From the NCBI GenBank assembly GCA_001949185.1, contig BDGG01000004.1, forward strand, positions 1,389,620-1,453,619: DNA of 64,000 bases, given 5' to 3'. This DNA comes from Ramazzottius varieornatus. Lineage: Eukaryota; Animalia; Tardigrada. Positions 32,744 through 45,353 of this stretch are shown piece after piece (position 1 is the first letter of the stretch; every line of letters starts with the position of its first letter). Position numbers and translations under genes: made by a program. A model generated the notes under the pieces. The model was not told the DNA's origin, ran no database searches, and saw only the letters and a program-made list of their open reading frames with translations.

Positions 32744-35700
32744 ATGGAGGTAGAAGCTTCGCTCACTTCGAGCCAGGCGTTTATAGCTCCGCAGGAAGAT
32801 CTGAATCTGCCACACCTGACTGACGCTCTACGGCTATGTACGGATGGCTTGAATCCCGACAAGGTCCAAGCCGGGGAACGTATCCTCCAGATGTACATCA
32901 ACAACAAACAATTCCTCACCGCTCTCGTAGCTGTTCTAACGGACGATGCGTTGCCCAACGATGTTCGGACGATGGCAGCTATCTTGTGTCGCAACAACAT
33001 TGAAAAGTTCTGGCGTGCTGGACCACTTATGCTGGACGAGAAGGATAAGAGAAACGTCCGCAACCGTATGTTCTTCGCTTGCTTTGCCTTTCCTGCAACC
33101 CAGGTAGGCGTTCATAGGCTCCGTTGTAGACTTAAACGTTGAAGCTTTATTGTGAAGTCCGTATTGTTATAGGCCACCAACCAGTTGCTAGCAGGTGTCG
33201 GAAAGATCGCCCGGTTTGACTTCCCTCGTACATGGCCAACACTGATTGACGAAATCGGCTGCAAGCTCGCGGTGGACGACGAAGAAGTCAAGTTCAAGTC
33301 GCTGAAGTTGCTGCATGAGAGCACCAAGGAATTGGCTACGAAGAGGATGCCCGCCGACCGGAAAGCTTTCTGTGAAGTACATAATGTTTATGAAGAGTCT
33401 GCAATTTGCCTTACTTGCATCTCGTTTCCGCAGATGTCCACCAATATATTTTCTCCAGTGACCACGGTCTTCCATGGTACTCTATCTTCTGTTCTGAGTG
33501 GTCCCATTACAGGAGACTTCGTTCGGTACAACCTACATGTTCGTCAGTGTCTCTACGCCGCCAAAGTTCTCCAGACGCTAATGATGCACGGAATCCGCGA
33601 GTATACAAAGTTCGCGCCGTTCAGTGACTACTGGTCTTCAATCGCAAATGGAAACGTGATCGCCAGTCTGCTCTCTTGGGCGGTCAACCTGGAAAACCAG
33701 GAAGAAATCAATCAGGATTTCAGCGAAGTCATCCGATTCATCCGCAAAATTGCGGTCAGAATACAACAGACGGTAGGCTCATAACAGCTTCTTCATTTTG
33801 TTTACCAAGACAATAGTTGCAACCTATGGCGCTTTGCAGATCCTGTCGATGATGGAAGAACATCCTCTATCAATGGCGCCGCACCTGTTGCCTCTTATGA
33901 GACAGATAATACCGCTTGCATTTGGAGAATCGGGGCAGTTGAATCTTCCGGAGCGCTCTGTCGTTACGGCCATGAATATTATCAAAGTATTTCACTCAGA
34001 ACAAGAATACCGTATCCGCGATGGTAAGGTTTGCGTCAGCAACAAGTCTTCACTTCGTTAATGTTTTACATAATGTCAAATGACAGCTTTTGAAGTCCGA
34101 AGCGTTCTGCACCCCCATACTGAATTTTTTTCTTGCAGAGAAACCTGGTGTATACGACCATATTCGTGCGATCCGATCTGCATACTTCAACCAAGGAAAC
34201 ATTCTCCAGATGATCGAGCAGCTGATCACCAGGCACTTGTTGCTCACACAGAGCGATCTCGACAGAATAGGAACCGACTCCGAGGAATATGGTAATGCCG
34301 GTACACAAAAGTTTCGCCTCGCATGTTAACGAACGTAGCAATATTGGCGGTCCTGCTTTGCGCGAGGTAACATCGATTGTTTGTTTACCAGCCAATGAGA
34401 TCGACGGATTTGAAGACTGGAAGTTTAGTCATCGTGCTTCTGCCGAGGCACTCCTGACGGCACTATGTTACAGCAACCAGGACATTAGCGCCACAAAGTA
34501 AGTGAAGGTACTCGGAGGTTTTTGCAGAATGCTGTACTGTGCGTTCTGGTCACTCGTACTGATGTTTGGTGGAGCTGTATTTGGCGGCGTTTTCAGGATA
34601 CTCAGTTTGGTGACCGCGGCTACAACGACTCCCGGAGTAGCAACTCTCTTCAAGGAAGCAGTTTACTTAGCTGCCGGCATTGCTGCCTTCCACCTCTTCG
34701 ATATGCTTGACTTCGACCAACTCTTTCGTAACCACCTTTGGGTGGAGTTCCAGGACAAGTCGAACGGGTATGGCAGCTTTTTCAGTAAGGCTTTCATTCT
34801 TACAGGAGCACCATTGAGTAACGGAAACTCTTGATTTTAGAAATATAGTCATTCGACGTCGAATAGTTTGGCTCGTGGGCACATGGTCCGCTGTCAGAAT
34901 GTCCGATGAGTCTCGTGCGGCAGTTTTTCAACTGCTCGTTGACGCTATGACACCCAAAGAACACTTGTCCGTCCGCCTTATGGCGGCCAAGTCCGTCAAG
35001 TCCTTCGTCGATGTCTACGAGTTCCGCGTCGAAGACGTTACACCTGTCGCCCCAGCCCTTTTCGACTGTCTTTTGCAGCTCATTACAGAATGTTCCTCAG
35101 ATGATAGCCGACTCACCATCCTGAGCTCGCTAAACATCGCTCTGGAACGGATGGAGGCGCAGGTCCGTGACTTCCTTCATCGACTTCCGGCCACGCGTTC
35201 GTCATATATCATGTATATCATTTACATATCATCACAGATTGGCTGGGATTGTTCGCTCTTTCTAGGTCGCGCCATTTTTGTCCAAGGTCCTCGAATGCCT
35301 CATGTCCTTATGGAAAGAATCTTCTGAGAGTCATCTGATTCAGTCTGGTGTGGTGTCAGCCATTAAGATGACGGTACACGCGCTGCGTCGGGAAGCTGCA
35401 AGCATAGAGCCGTTCGCTTGCGAACTCATAGCGGTCAGTACCGACCTCTCCAATCCACACAGTATTCATCTTCTCCAGGACGGCCTCGAACTATGGAACA
35501 TGCTCCTGCAGCACAGCCAGCAAGCGACACCGAACCTGCAAAAACTCCTAGTAGAACGACTTCCGCAACTACTGGAAGTCACCTCAGAGAACATGGCGTT
35601 GGTGATGGATATTGTCGAGAACTGCATCTTGATCGCACCCGACTTGGTCTTCGCGGGATTCTTCGACAACTTCGTCAGTTGGGCCGCTGTCACTATCCCT

Positions 35701-37398
35701 ACGGTTAAAGACGAAGGTTCTCACCGAGTTTTCGAGTCTTTATGACCTTTCACATCTCAAGGGAAAAACCGAAGGAAGTTTTCACGCATTTGCATACCCT
35801 CTGTCATGATACTCGTGTGGACTTGTGTATGCAGGCTTATGATGGTTAATTACCTTGTATCTGCACGTACCCGCATACCCGTTTGAAACGACAAAAAGGC
35901 AGCAAGGTGTATGCAAGTGCTCGATTGTGAGCTACATTGGCTCACACACGTTTTACTTCCTTCCTTTACATACAGTAAACTAGTATTCTCTTTGTTTCAA
36001 GGTTTGGACTTGATTATCAAGGTTCTGGACTACGCTGTGCAAGTCTGCCAGGCTTCGGCTGTCCCAAAGATGACCTCTGTGTTGGCGGTGCTGATATCGA
36101 CTCTACCGAGTGATGGTAACTGTTCCTTCGGCCTGAAGATGGGGTTCCTAGCAAGATGCCTGTACTACAACTTCCCGGCCTTCACACCAGCCTTCACGGC
36201 GGTTGCGGAAGGTTCCAACAACCAGACGAACGCTGTGCAAGTCTTTCATGAGTTTATGACGCTGTGGATGGACCAGATAAACTGGATATCGAAGCTGGAA
36301 AGAAAGAAACTGTGCGCTTTGGCCTTCATGAACATGCTGGTCCTCAACCCAGAGTGAGTTCCGAACCGTTCAGTTCCTTTCACAATAATATCAAATCGTT
36401 TCCTGGCTGGATGCTCAAAGGGACGGGTGTTACCGCAGCAGGTTAGGGTAACTTCAGGCTTAATCAAGAGCCTGACTCGAGAAGTGGGACTCTGTCCTTT
36501 TGGTTTCGGAGGAAGGTTTTTCTAAATTCACGGGGATATCACGTGACCTGGCCGTCGGGCTGCTCCGGGAACGTGCGGGTTGTAATCCGGTTGAAAAGTT
36601 GCTGTAGGGGCCAATTTGTTCACGGGTTAGTGTTTTTTGACATTGGTTCGGGTTTTCGGTCACGTGATCTCTGGATCTCGTTCCCTATGGGGAATTCGCG
36701 ATCGAGCGAAGCAAAGTGTTTTTGTTAAAGGATGAGAATCTGAGTAAATCTAACCGGTTCTTTTTGGATGGATGGGTGGAACACAAAGTAATCTTGCCCG
36801 CGCCTTCTTAAGCCTTAAATTAAATATGGATCGGAACAAAAATATTCAAGATTGCTTTGCCGGCAAATGACTTGAGCATGGTCGCTTTCCCCTTTCCCAA
36901 GTGGCGCACGCTTTCAGCCGATAAGAACGGAAACATGCGCCACTTGAGGCAATGATCGTGTTTGATCATTTACAAAGTTCCATTTGTTCGATTGTCCCTG
37001 GTCCCGACTTACCGCTTGTGTCTTTCAGTCTGATGGCACCGCACTTCGCCGGAATCGTCTACGGGATCATCGAAGTCGTTGGGGAACTCTCGGACTATCG
37101 TCCTGGTGGAGGTGACGCTGACAGCAGCTTGGGCGAGTATGACATTCTCAACCTGAGTAATGAGGATGCGGGTCTGTCGGATGGCCTGTCGAAGTCCTTG
37201 ATGATGACTGGGTCGTTTGACGAGATTCGAAGGCACGATCTTCGAATTCACAATATCTGTTTCAATAACGACATATCGAAAGTCATGAAGGAGAAGTGGA
37301 GAGAACTGATAGGTAAAACTGGTGACGCTTTTGTGCAGCAGTTGTGGAACACGCTGGACAGTGACTCCAGTGCAAAGTTCAAGGTGATAGTTGGTTGA
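32744..37398 (+). CDS. IPO11: Importin-11 (karyopherin beta family), multi-exon
   Basis: IBN_N-like start (VRTMAAILCRNNIEKFWR), KIARFDFPRTWPTL, KELATKRMPADRKAF, WKFSHRASAEAL, FKEAVYLAAGIAAFHLFD, IRRRIVWLVGTW, LLQDGLELW and ERKKLCALA, joined by GT-AG introns; stop at 37398. Confidence 0.9.
36862..36972. repeat. Nested palindromic repeat family, copy 2 (IPO11 intron)
   Basis: CCCAAGTGGCGCAC-GCTTTCAGCCGATAAGAACGGAAAC-ATGCGCCACTTGAG, with degraded outer arms. Confidence 0.7.
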
Positions 37399-37776
37399 TT
37401 TTGTTACTGTTTGGGATCTGAGTATACTGAGAGTACGCTGCTTACGTTCTACTGCAAACTGTGACTTCGTAACTGCTGAAACAAAATTTGTTTTTTCTCG
37501 AAATTACGATTGTATTGGTTTTCGTTTGACAGAATTTACTGTAGCTGGTACTTCCGGCTTGAAATTTTTACGAATGCCCTAACAATTTTTTCCTTACTAT
37601 ATTGGAGAGAATCATCGAATCTTACAACTGGAGATGACTTCCGTGTTCTCGCCAGAGATCTTTGGTGGTCTGTTCATATATAGGGAAACTTGCTGTTTGG
37701 CAACTGAAGGCGCAGGGTGGATACTTCGATATCAGCTCTGGTTGTCGAGATAAGAGGATTCTCCATCCTTCATACT

Positions 37777-39712
37777 ATGACAGTACCCACTATGACGGGT
37801 GGAAGTGTTAAGTTATCCGATAACAGTGAGAGAAGGACTGGTCCATCGGAGGGCGGTAAAGGAGCCATGGCACGGCTCGTACTGCAACACATGCAGGCTC
37901 CAGAGTCCTTCGCGAACATGTCGGAAACAGATCTGGCTCTGGGTATTGATCCAAGACAGACCTCGACCGGTAGGGCCAAAGGCGGAAGTCAGCCATCGAC
38001 TTCCCGTATGGACAAGATAGGAGCGTACGAGATGAAGCGAGATTTCCACAAGGACCAGGATTATTTGCTGCATCGTCTGAAGAAGAAGGATGTCTACGTG
38101 TAAGTGAGTGTGGTCTGCAGCGTTGAAACTGTAAACAGTTCATGACTTTCTGCTTGCAGAAGAGTACCAGCGACCACGGATGACCATATCACCCGAGCCT
38201 CGAGGTTGATTGAGGCGGAGCGAATGGTAATAGAGGTGGACGAAGCGCTGCGATCGGTGAAGGATGATTTCGCAGCCGAAATGGATCGATGCTTGAAGCG
38301 CAAGAATGATTCGTCCCGGAAGAATGAAGCTCTTATGGAAGCAACCCGAAACTTTTCTGCTTTTATCGAGGTACTTCACTTTCTCAGTACTTTCGAGTTT
38401 AGTTCGCAATACCACTGCACAGTACTTGGCCTTGTCTTGAGCGAGATCAACTGGTAAGCGTTTTTCGGATGGCCAGAAAAACGATAGCTGGATTGATTAC
38501 AACACAAAGAAAGCGGAACAAGAGGAGGAACTGACTCGTGGTCATTTACAGGAAAGTTCAAAGTAGGCTTAACGATGTTGTGGGTTGCGGCTCAACCTGC
38601 TTACGTGTCCGCAATGTCAAAAATGTACCGTGAATTTTTCTGTCCTGTGTGTAGGTTGTTGGAGCTTCAGAAACAGGAACTTAAAAAACGAGTGCTGTTG
38701 AGAGCAAGACGGTTCGCACGGAAGCAGTACAAAGAGTTCTTGGATCAACTGTTGAAAAATGCTTCCGGTGACGTAAGGTTTGACATCTCGTAAGGCGGCT
38801 CCTTCCGAATGCAAACGAGTCGCAAGGTGTTAACGGGGGAAAGTGAAGAACTGCGTTGGTTTCTTTAGTACAACGACCAGGAACATTTTGTAGCGGAAGT
38901 CGAACAATGGCTATCAGCCGTGGCAGTTGCGAATGACAGCAAGGACCTGCACGACAAAGCGGAAGCCGATCTGGTGAACCTTCAACATCAGCTCTCCATC
39001 GTAAACGCCGCTCGATTGCAGAGTTTTGGAATTTCAAAACTACAGTTGAGAACTGACTTGCACCGCGTTTATTTTAGGAAATTAAAGCCAGCCTGGAGAA
39101 CGATGAAGCGAAAGTGAAGGATCTCGAGCTGTTGAAAGCATCACTACACGCAAAGATAACATCCACGGAGAAAGTACTCAACGACCTCGAAACCCAGCAG
39201 GATGTCGATGTCCGGCGTTACATGGACCTGCGGAGGTGAGCACTGCGAACCTCTCTACTCTAACCTTCTCACTATGTTTCTGCTTTCCGGCTTTGATAAC
39301 AGTCGTTTTAGTAATGTACGTGGAGTGTATGCGGAAGCTTGTAAGCTTCAAGGAAACGAGATGGCAGAAACCGACTTGACTTTGCAACAGCAGCTGCAAA
39401 TGGTCAGTTTTATACGTCCACCGTATACGTCCGCCCTATTATTCCATGAAAGGTCTAGAGTTTTTGTCCTATGTTTTGTTGCTTTCTTAGGTCAAGCAAA
39501 CGCTGTCTGATACGCAGATCATTAACACGACCACCGGTCACGTCTTTGGCAAGTCCGACAAAGGCCGGAAAGGTAGCACTGTGGAGGAAAAGCTGGACAC
39601 AGTGACGTCACTAATTGGTTCCGGCTTTTTCCGCCATCTGCCATACAAAGTCTTGCTGAAACCGCTTCCGCTCATTCGACTGCCAATGTCCGTCCAAAGG
39701 CAGTCACAATGA
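37777..39712 (+). CDS. Coiled-coil cilia/flagella protein, CCDC42/CFAP73-like (DUF4200), 8 exons
   Basis: In-frame spliced product contains ASRLIEAERMVIEVDEAL..KDDF...NFSAFIE|KNDSW..KKAEQE and QQLQM|VKQTLSDTQII, which resemble CCDC42-family motifs. All junctions are GT-AG and phase-compatible. The start could be 37777 or a downstream ATG. Confidence 0.65.
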
Positions 39713-40556
39713 TAGTCTTGTGAGAAGTCGCTGTTTACAGTGTTTACGAGGGTGATGTGTGTTTGTTTAACTTTAACCGGATTAATGATGTGTTAAAAAC
39801 GGTCGTTTCTGCTTTGAGATGCTGTCACAGTTTGAAGCGCGGCGGCGGCTGTGTCACGCCTAGTCAAAAATTTGCCGATAATGAGATACCAAACATGCGG
39901 CTGTTTAGAGGCTACGCAAGTGACAGAGAGTATCCTTATTGATGAAATCACTAACCCGTCCATATGTTTGGCAGGCAAGAGGACTTTCGGGCGCTTAACC
40001 ACGACATGCGCTGTGCAAGGATGACGCCGAAAGCTGTCACACTTGCAACGGAGCGCATCGTTCGTTCAGTGTCCATTTCCACTTTAGTGATGCTCAAAGG
40101 CAGATAACAACCTCTAACAAGGCATCCGTCATTACAGCGGCAAGCTGCGTAATATGGAGGGTCGTTTATGGTTAATCAAGAAAGAATCTGTATTGACGGT
40201 CGCTCATCATTAGAACCATTAAAAATAAGATCCACTTTGGCAATCATCATTCATTGCCTCCATTCCAATCATTTAAACTAGGCACAGATAACTGTCCACA
40301 AACACACCATGTCCATTACCCAGCTGATCGACACGCAAGGCAGCCATTCATTTCAAGAAATTGCTCCATTTTGCATCCGGTGATACTTTAAACGCCAAGA
40401 ATTAAAACCACATTTACCCACGTTACTCGTCACTGTGTTTGTCACTCGAAATTCCAGTAACACGCTCTCATCGGAGCCTTAATTCACTTTTGAACCGCAG
40501 TATTCGCTCCAGGAAAGGCCTCTGGAACCTATTGTGGACCTTGGCTGTTCAGCGCT

Positions 40557-42052
40557 ATGGAGGACGGAAACGCCGATGGGACGAGTCTGAGCGAAAAACC
40601 AGTTGACTATTCAAAGGCCAAGTTTTCGATTGACTTCCTGCTTGAAAAAGCACCTTGCCATCATCCACCAAAAGCCTCGTCATTCGGAAAGGATGCCGAA
40701 CCCAGCACGGCCGGTGGTTGCGATGTCTCCGACCACGGTTACGGACCATCCGTCATGGAAGACCTCCACACCGCTCGATCAGGTATGTGAAACGTCTTCC
40801 CCGAGATGCGTGAAGTTCTTGTGTTGAATTCGTCGTCAGTACTTTGATTGAAACGTAATAAATTTTCGCGCGCAGCCGTCACGGCGTATGTGCCGTATGT
40901 AGGCAGGGCTATGCGGGAGTATACGTAAGTATGTGATGCACAGGCCGAGTTTCTGTTGAAAGGTCATGATGTTTTTTCCGTTTAGAAGTCCCGTCGCATA
41001 TTCGTATTCGGTGTAGATTTCCCTTCTAACTTCAGTCCTTCTCTGTCGGGATTCTAGACACGCCAGATTCGGAAGACCATGGCGAAACATACTTGGAAAG
41101 GTCCGGTAATCCTCTTCTGTCACATGACGAACGACGAAAGCGTCCACGCACCGCTTTCACCGCAGCACAGATCAAAACCCTAGAAGCTGAGTTCGACGTC
41201 AACAAGTACCTTTCGGTCGCGAAAAGAATCGAGCTCTCCAAGGTGTTGGGACTTACACAACAGCAATTGAAAGTCTGGTACCAGTAAGTGAACAACTCTG
41301 ACGTTAGTTCACAATCACCCCTTTGTGAGCCATCATAATGCGGATCGAAATCTAGTCTTACACCGGATTTCATGACCCCACTCTTGTCCCACAATAGCAG
41401 GGCTTCGAGGTTTTACTCATTGCTCTTTAAGTTTTTGTATATCAGCAATATTGGATGATATAGTTAAGATTTCCAGTCCATTCTTGGTTCAGATTTCAGC
41501 TAATTTGAACTGGGACGTGGGCAAACCATCTCAACCAGACCGCTTTCCCAAGTGGCGCACACATCCAGCCAATGACAAAGAAATGTGCGCCACTGCAGAG
41601 GAGGTTCTGGTTCAGTTTAGCTGCCCACAAGCGATTGTTTGTCACTGGCCGAATTCCTATCATTACATTTCCCATTTTTTCGAAGGAATCGGCGGACAAA
41701 ATGGAAGCGCAAATATGCCAACGATCTGGAGAGCATGGCGCAGCAGTACTATAGCTCCTTGGGTATATCGGGATCGCGGCCGATGCTGATTGGCGATCGA
41801 TTGTGGATCTTCAACACACCACAAGAGACTGGTGGCGCCTTTCCTAGAGGCATGTTGGGTTCCCCGAACGGCCCACCTCTTGCCCTCCCGAACTATCCGA
41901 TTTCCTCATCCGTCAAGAACGGTTCTGCATTCCGTCCTACTTTCGGCCTCTTTCCCGGCTCCGCCACGCCGATGCAGCCCTGCGTTGCTGTTAACCACCC
42001 AAAGTTCTCTCCATCTCAAGCGACTCTGGAGTCTCCTCGACCATCGGAGTAG
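40557..42052 (+). CDS. Nedx: Nedx / lateral muscles scarcer (lms)-type ANTP-class homeobox transcription factor; exons 40557-40782, 41058-41283, 41686-42052
   Basis: eh1 motif FSIDFLL; homeodomain [59 protein letters not shown]; followed by the Nedx/lms-typical extension YANDLESMAQQYYSSLG..RPMLIGDRLWIF. Confidence 0.87.
41505..41628. repeat. Nested palindromic repeat family, copy 3 (Nedx intron 2)
   Basis: GTGGGCAAA..CCAGA..TTCCCAAGTGGCGCACAC-ATCCAGCCAATGACAAAGAA-ATGTGCGCCACT..TCTGG..TGCCCAC. Confidence 0.75.
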
Positions 42053-45000
42053 TTGGAAGGCTGTGAAAATAGCTTATACAGTAGCTTTCGAACAGATTCT
42101 GTGCTCGGGCTCTTCATTATATTCACACTTGACGCGAAACTGGTTTTGAAAACGTACTGTATTTCCGTTCGGCGTGACTGTTTAAAGTTGTAATGGCGCC
42201 ATCTGTAATTAACTCACACATATAACAACCTTCCCAGTCGGACCTGCTACTGCACAGACTACTGTACTGTATGACATGCACATGGACATAATTATGGTAC
42301 CAAATGTTATGTAAGACACCATAACCTCTGTAACCAAGCCGCTCTGAATAACATCAAAGAGATATATAATTTGCCGCGAAAGCACAGACTCCATCGAGTG
42401 GAACAACGGTACCTTACAGAGACGTTTCTCCGTCAACGCTAATCAAGCGGCAAAAGGAGCCGCTTACCTGAATTGCTTGATCACGATGGAATCATTACCT
42501 TTACCTGTCCGTCGAGAATTGCATTCATCTCAAGCTCTTTGGTCCGTGCGTCATGCGACGATGCGCAACACTTCATTACACAGTTATCACATTTCTACTG
42601 ATGCTCATAGGCAAGGCCCTCTTGCGAATTCAAGTTCTTTCGATCTAAACGAAGTATTTTTTCATTGTCCGGTAATGTTGGGTAATGTTGAGACCTTACC
42701 TGTCCGCAGAAGTACCTACTCATTGTATTAATATAATGGTATGTAGGATCAAAGCTTCCGGTCACAAGACTCTTAAAATATCAGACCTCGGCTTATTGCG
42801 ACGAAGACAGATATACGATGAGCATTAGGCGCTGTTTATTTATCCGGCACCTCAAGTTTTTTTCAGTAAAATTTTAAAGAGTGGGTGGTCAGTCAAGAAT
42901 AAAATCATAACAATGATAAACATTTGCAGCATCTAGATGACGCTGTCAGAGATCTAAGCAGCCGTGCACTGATTGCAGCAGACTGCAGTACGCCGTATTT
43001 AAGCAAAATTCCACAGGTCGGAAAGGGGCGTATCGATGATCTTATGCGAACAAACACTTCACGGTTAATAGTTTTATTGCCTCGCAGGTAATTAATAGGT
43101 TCGCGGTCGGGTTGGTAATGGACAATAAGGTCTGATAACAGGTTATTACGGCCCGTTGCCGTCATGGGGAGAATCGTGCCGCACAAACAGCCATCCACAA
43201 GACCACGTACATGAGAAGATCGGCTGATCCATGATCAAAGCATGAAAATTGATCGCTGCAAGAACGATGAGGTTATAGATACCGTCTACCTGTCCAGAAG
43301 ATGGAGGATAATTACTACGCGGCAGCTTCCAACTGATGAACCATCCTGAAAGATGCGTGTGTGGCCGAAATCGATTTGAAGTTGTCAAACATCCAACGCG
43401 TTAACAGCCGCAATAAGAGTATAGAGGACGCTCGCAGTAAAGCTGCAGCTTTATTTTTAAAGCTGCGATTTTTTCAGCTGTGGACAGTGTTGTGTGGGCC
43501 ACTTTTGTATTTAGATACCTGCCAAACTTTAATGAGCTTTTTTACCGCAGGAATATTGATGACGAAGTCACATATTCTTCGAACGGTGATTTCTTTACTT
43601 TGCTTCCCCTACTCACCAGGAGATTTTCAGACAAATAGTTTCAAAAATATGACCAAATAAGCCAGAAACAGGGGAGCACATTTTGACAGAAGCTGCCACG
43701 TAGGCAGGAACTTGGTCACAGTCTCATGCAGCAATCTGTCATGTAACGCCTCGTATAAAGTATCTTTACCGACACTTGATAGCCTTGCGGTAACAATCGA
43801 CCACCCGTTCACACAATCCGCGCTAATTGATCTGGTATTCATTAATGTAGTCACGCTTTGGTAGACCCAGTATATCTGCGAATCATTCACAAGAAACAAT
43901 ATATATTAGATGTTGACGCCTTCATTCTAACCAAGTGTTATTTCTTCGAGGCTGCTACTGGGCGTGGCACTTCATAGACCGGACAGAATGAGCTGTCCAT
44001 TAAGCCTGATATAGACTTGAAAAACATGCCAGCTTCTTTTCCGCCAAAGACATATCTCAATGTTCGATCTCAATGCAACCGGTGATCGTTTCAGCAAATG
44101 CCGATCGGAAGAAGCTTGATCGTCATGAAGCAGGATCACTCTTGTCACGAAACCACAACTGTTGGAGCTCATCGAAACTTCGCCGATCGTCTTATCAGCG
44201 GGTACGCAGAGACACATACAGCCGTTCATTAGCCATAGCCTAGAATTTTAATCCAGCGGAAAGTTTATTGCTGCGACAAATTTGACAGACCGCGAGCAAA
44301 GCTTTCACAAGCCGAAGCCAACAGAAGCCAACTTTTAATTTGCTTTCAAACTTTGCCATCAGCGGGGTCATTAAGAACGACTTGAGCAATAAAAAATGAC
44401 ACATTTTGCCTGACATTTGTCAGACCTAATGAACTTATATTTTATTCTTTGCCTCGCATCGGAAAACGTCATGATGATAAACTGCCAGCTTGGATTTGTT
44501 ATTGCAGATGGAACTCGTACACAAACATACCGCATGCACAGTAGAGCCTTAGCTTTCCCGTACCAATGTACGACTTGGTTGACACCGACGTCGCTCTTTT
44601 CTGCTAGAGGGTTCCTGTTGGAATTATCATTCTGGCCTGAAAGTCCGGTCATAGATTATAGTTAAAGTGAGCTGCTAATATCCAAAAAACAAGCATTTAA
44701 AGTTCAACACAATCATATACTGCTTGAGTGAATTACGAGTGTGGGTTTGCGAAGAGCTTCTCTACGAGCGTTACAGAATATTCCCGCGCAGCCACGCCCT
44801 GGGATAAGTTGCAGAGCTGTACAGCGATATACCTTGTTGCCGTCCGTGTTTCAATCAGAACCGGAAATTAACTTACACATATTTTTCCTCTAGTCTGTCA
44901 CAGAAAGGAATACACATCCACCAGTGGTCGATGGGAGGGTAAAGGCTGGATACAGGCGAATCTTGACGGAGGTTGAAGCTGGGTTGGAGAGCGGCTACGG

Positions 45001-45353
45001 GAGGAACACTACTCGTATAGCAAATAAAGCTTGTCCACTAGCTTGTCATTGGGTGAATGGCAATGATGTGCAACTTGTCAAAGTCAAGAATACCCTGGAA
45101 ATTACTACTTGGGCAGTAACCAAGATATGTTGTGGCAGTCTTTGCGAAACGAGCTAGCTTGCCGCGTGTCGCTTCCAGCTATAACTCTCGAGAGAACAGT
45201 CTAATCAAGCCTGATTACACAGGGTCTCTCCTCGTGTGCTGTACCAGCATTATACTAGACAAACGAAACGTCGTCAAGTGCTCGACGAAGACATCAACCA
45301 TCTGCTGCTGACAAACTCGTATCTGGTTGCCCGACCGACGGACTAGCTGCAAC

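Noticed and set aside
38371-38480. Apparent frameshift suggesting the CCDC42/CFAP73-like gene is a pseudogene
   Set aside because: Recounting the A-run shows CAG|AAA AAC GAT is in frame with the phase-0 donor at 38371, so the gene is intact.
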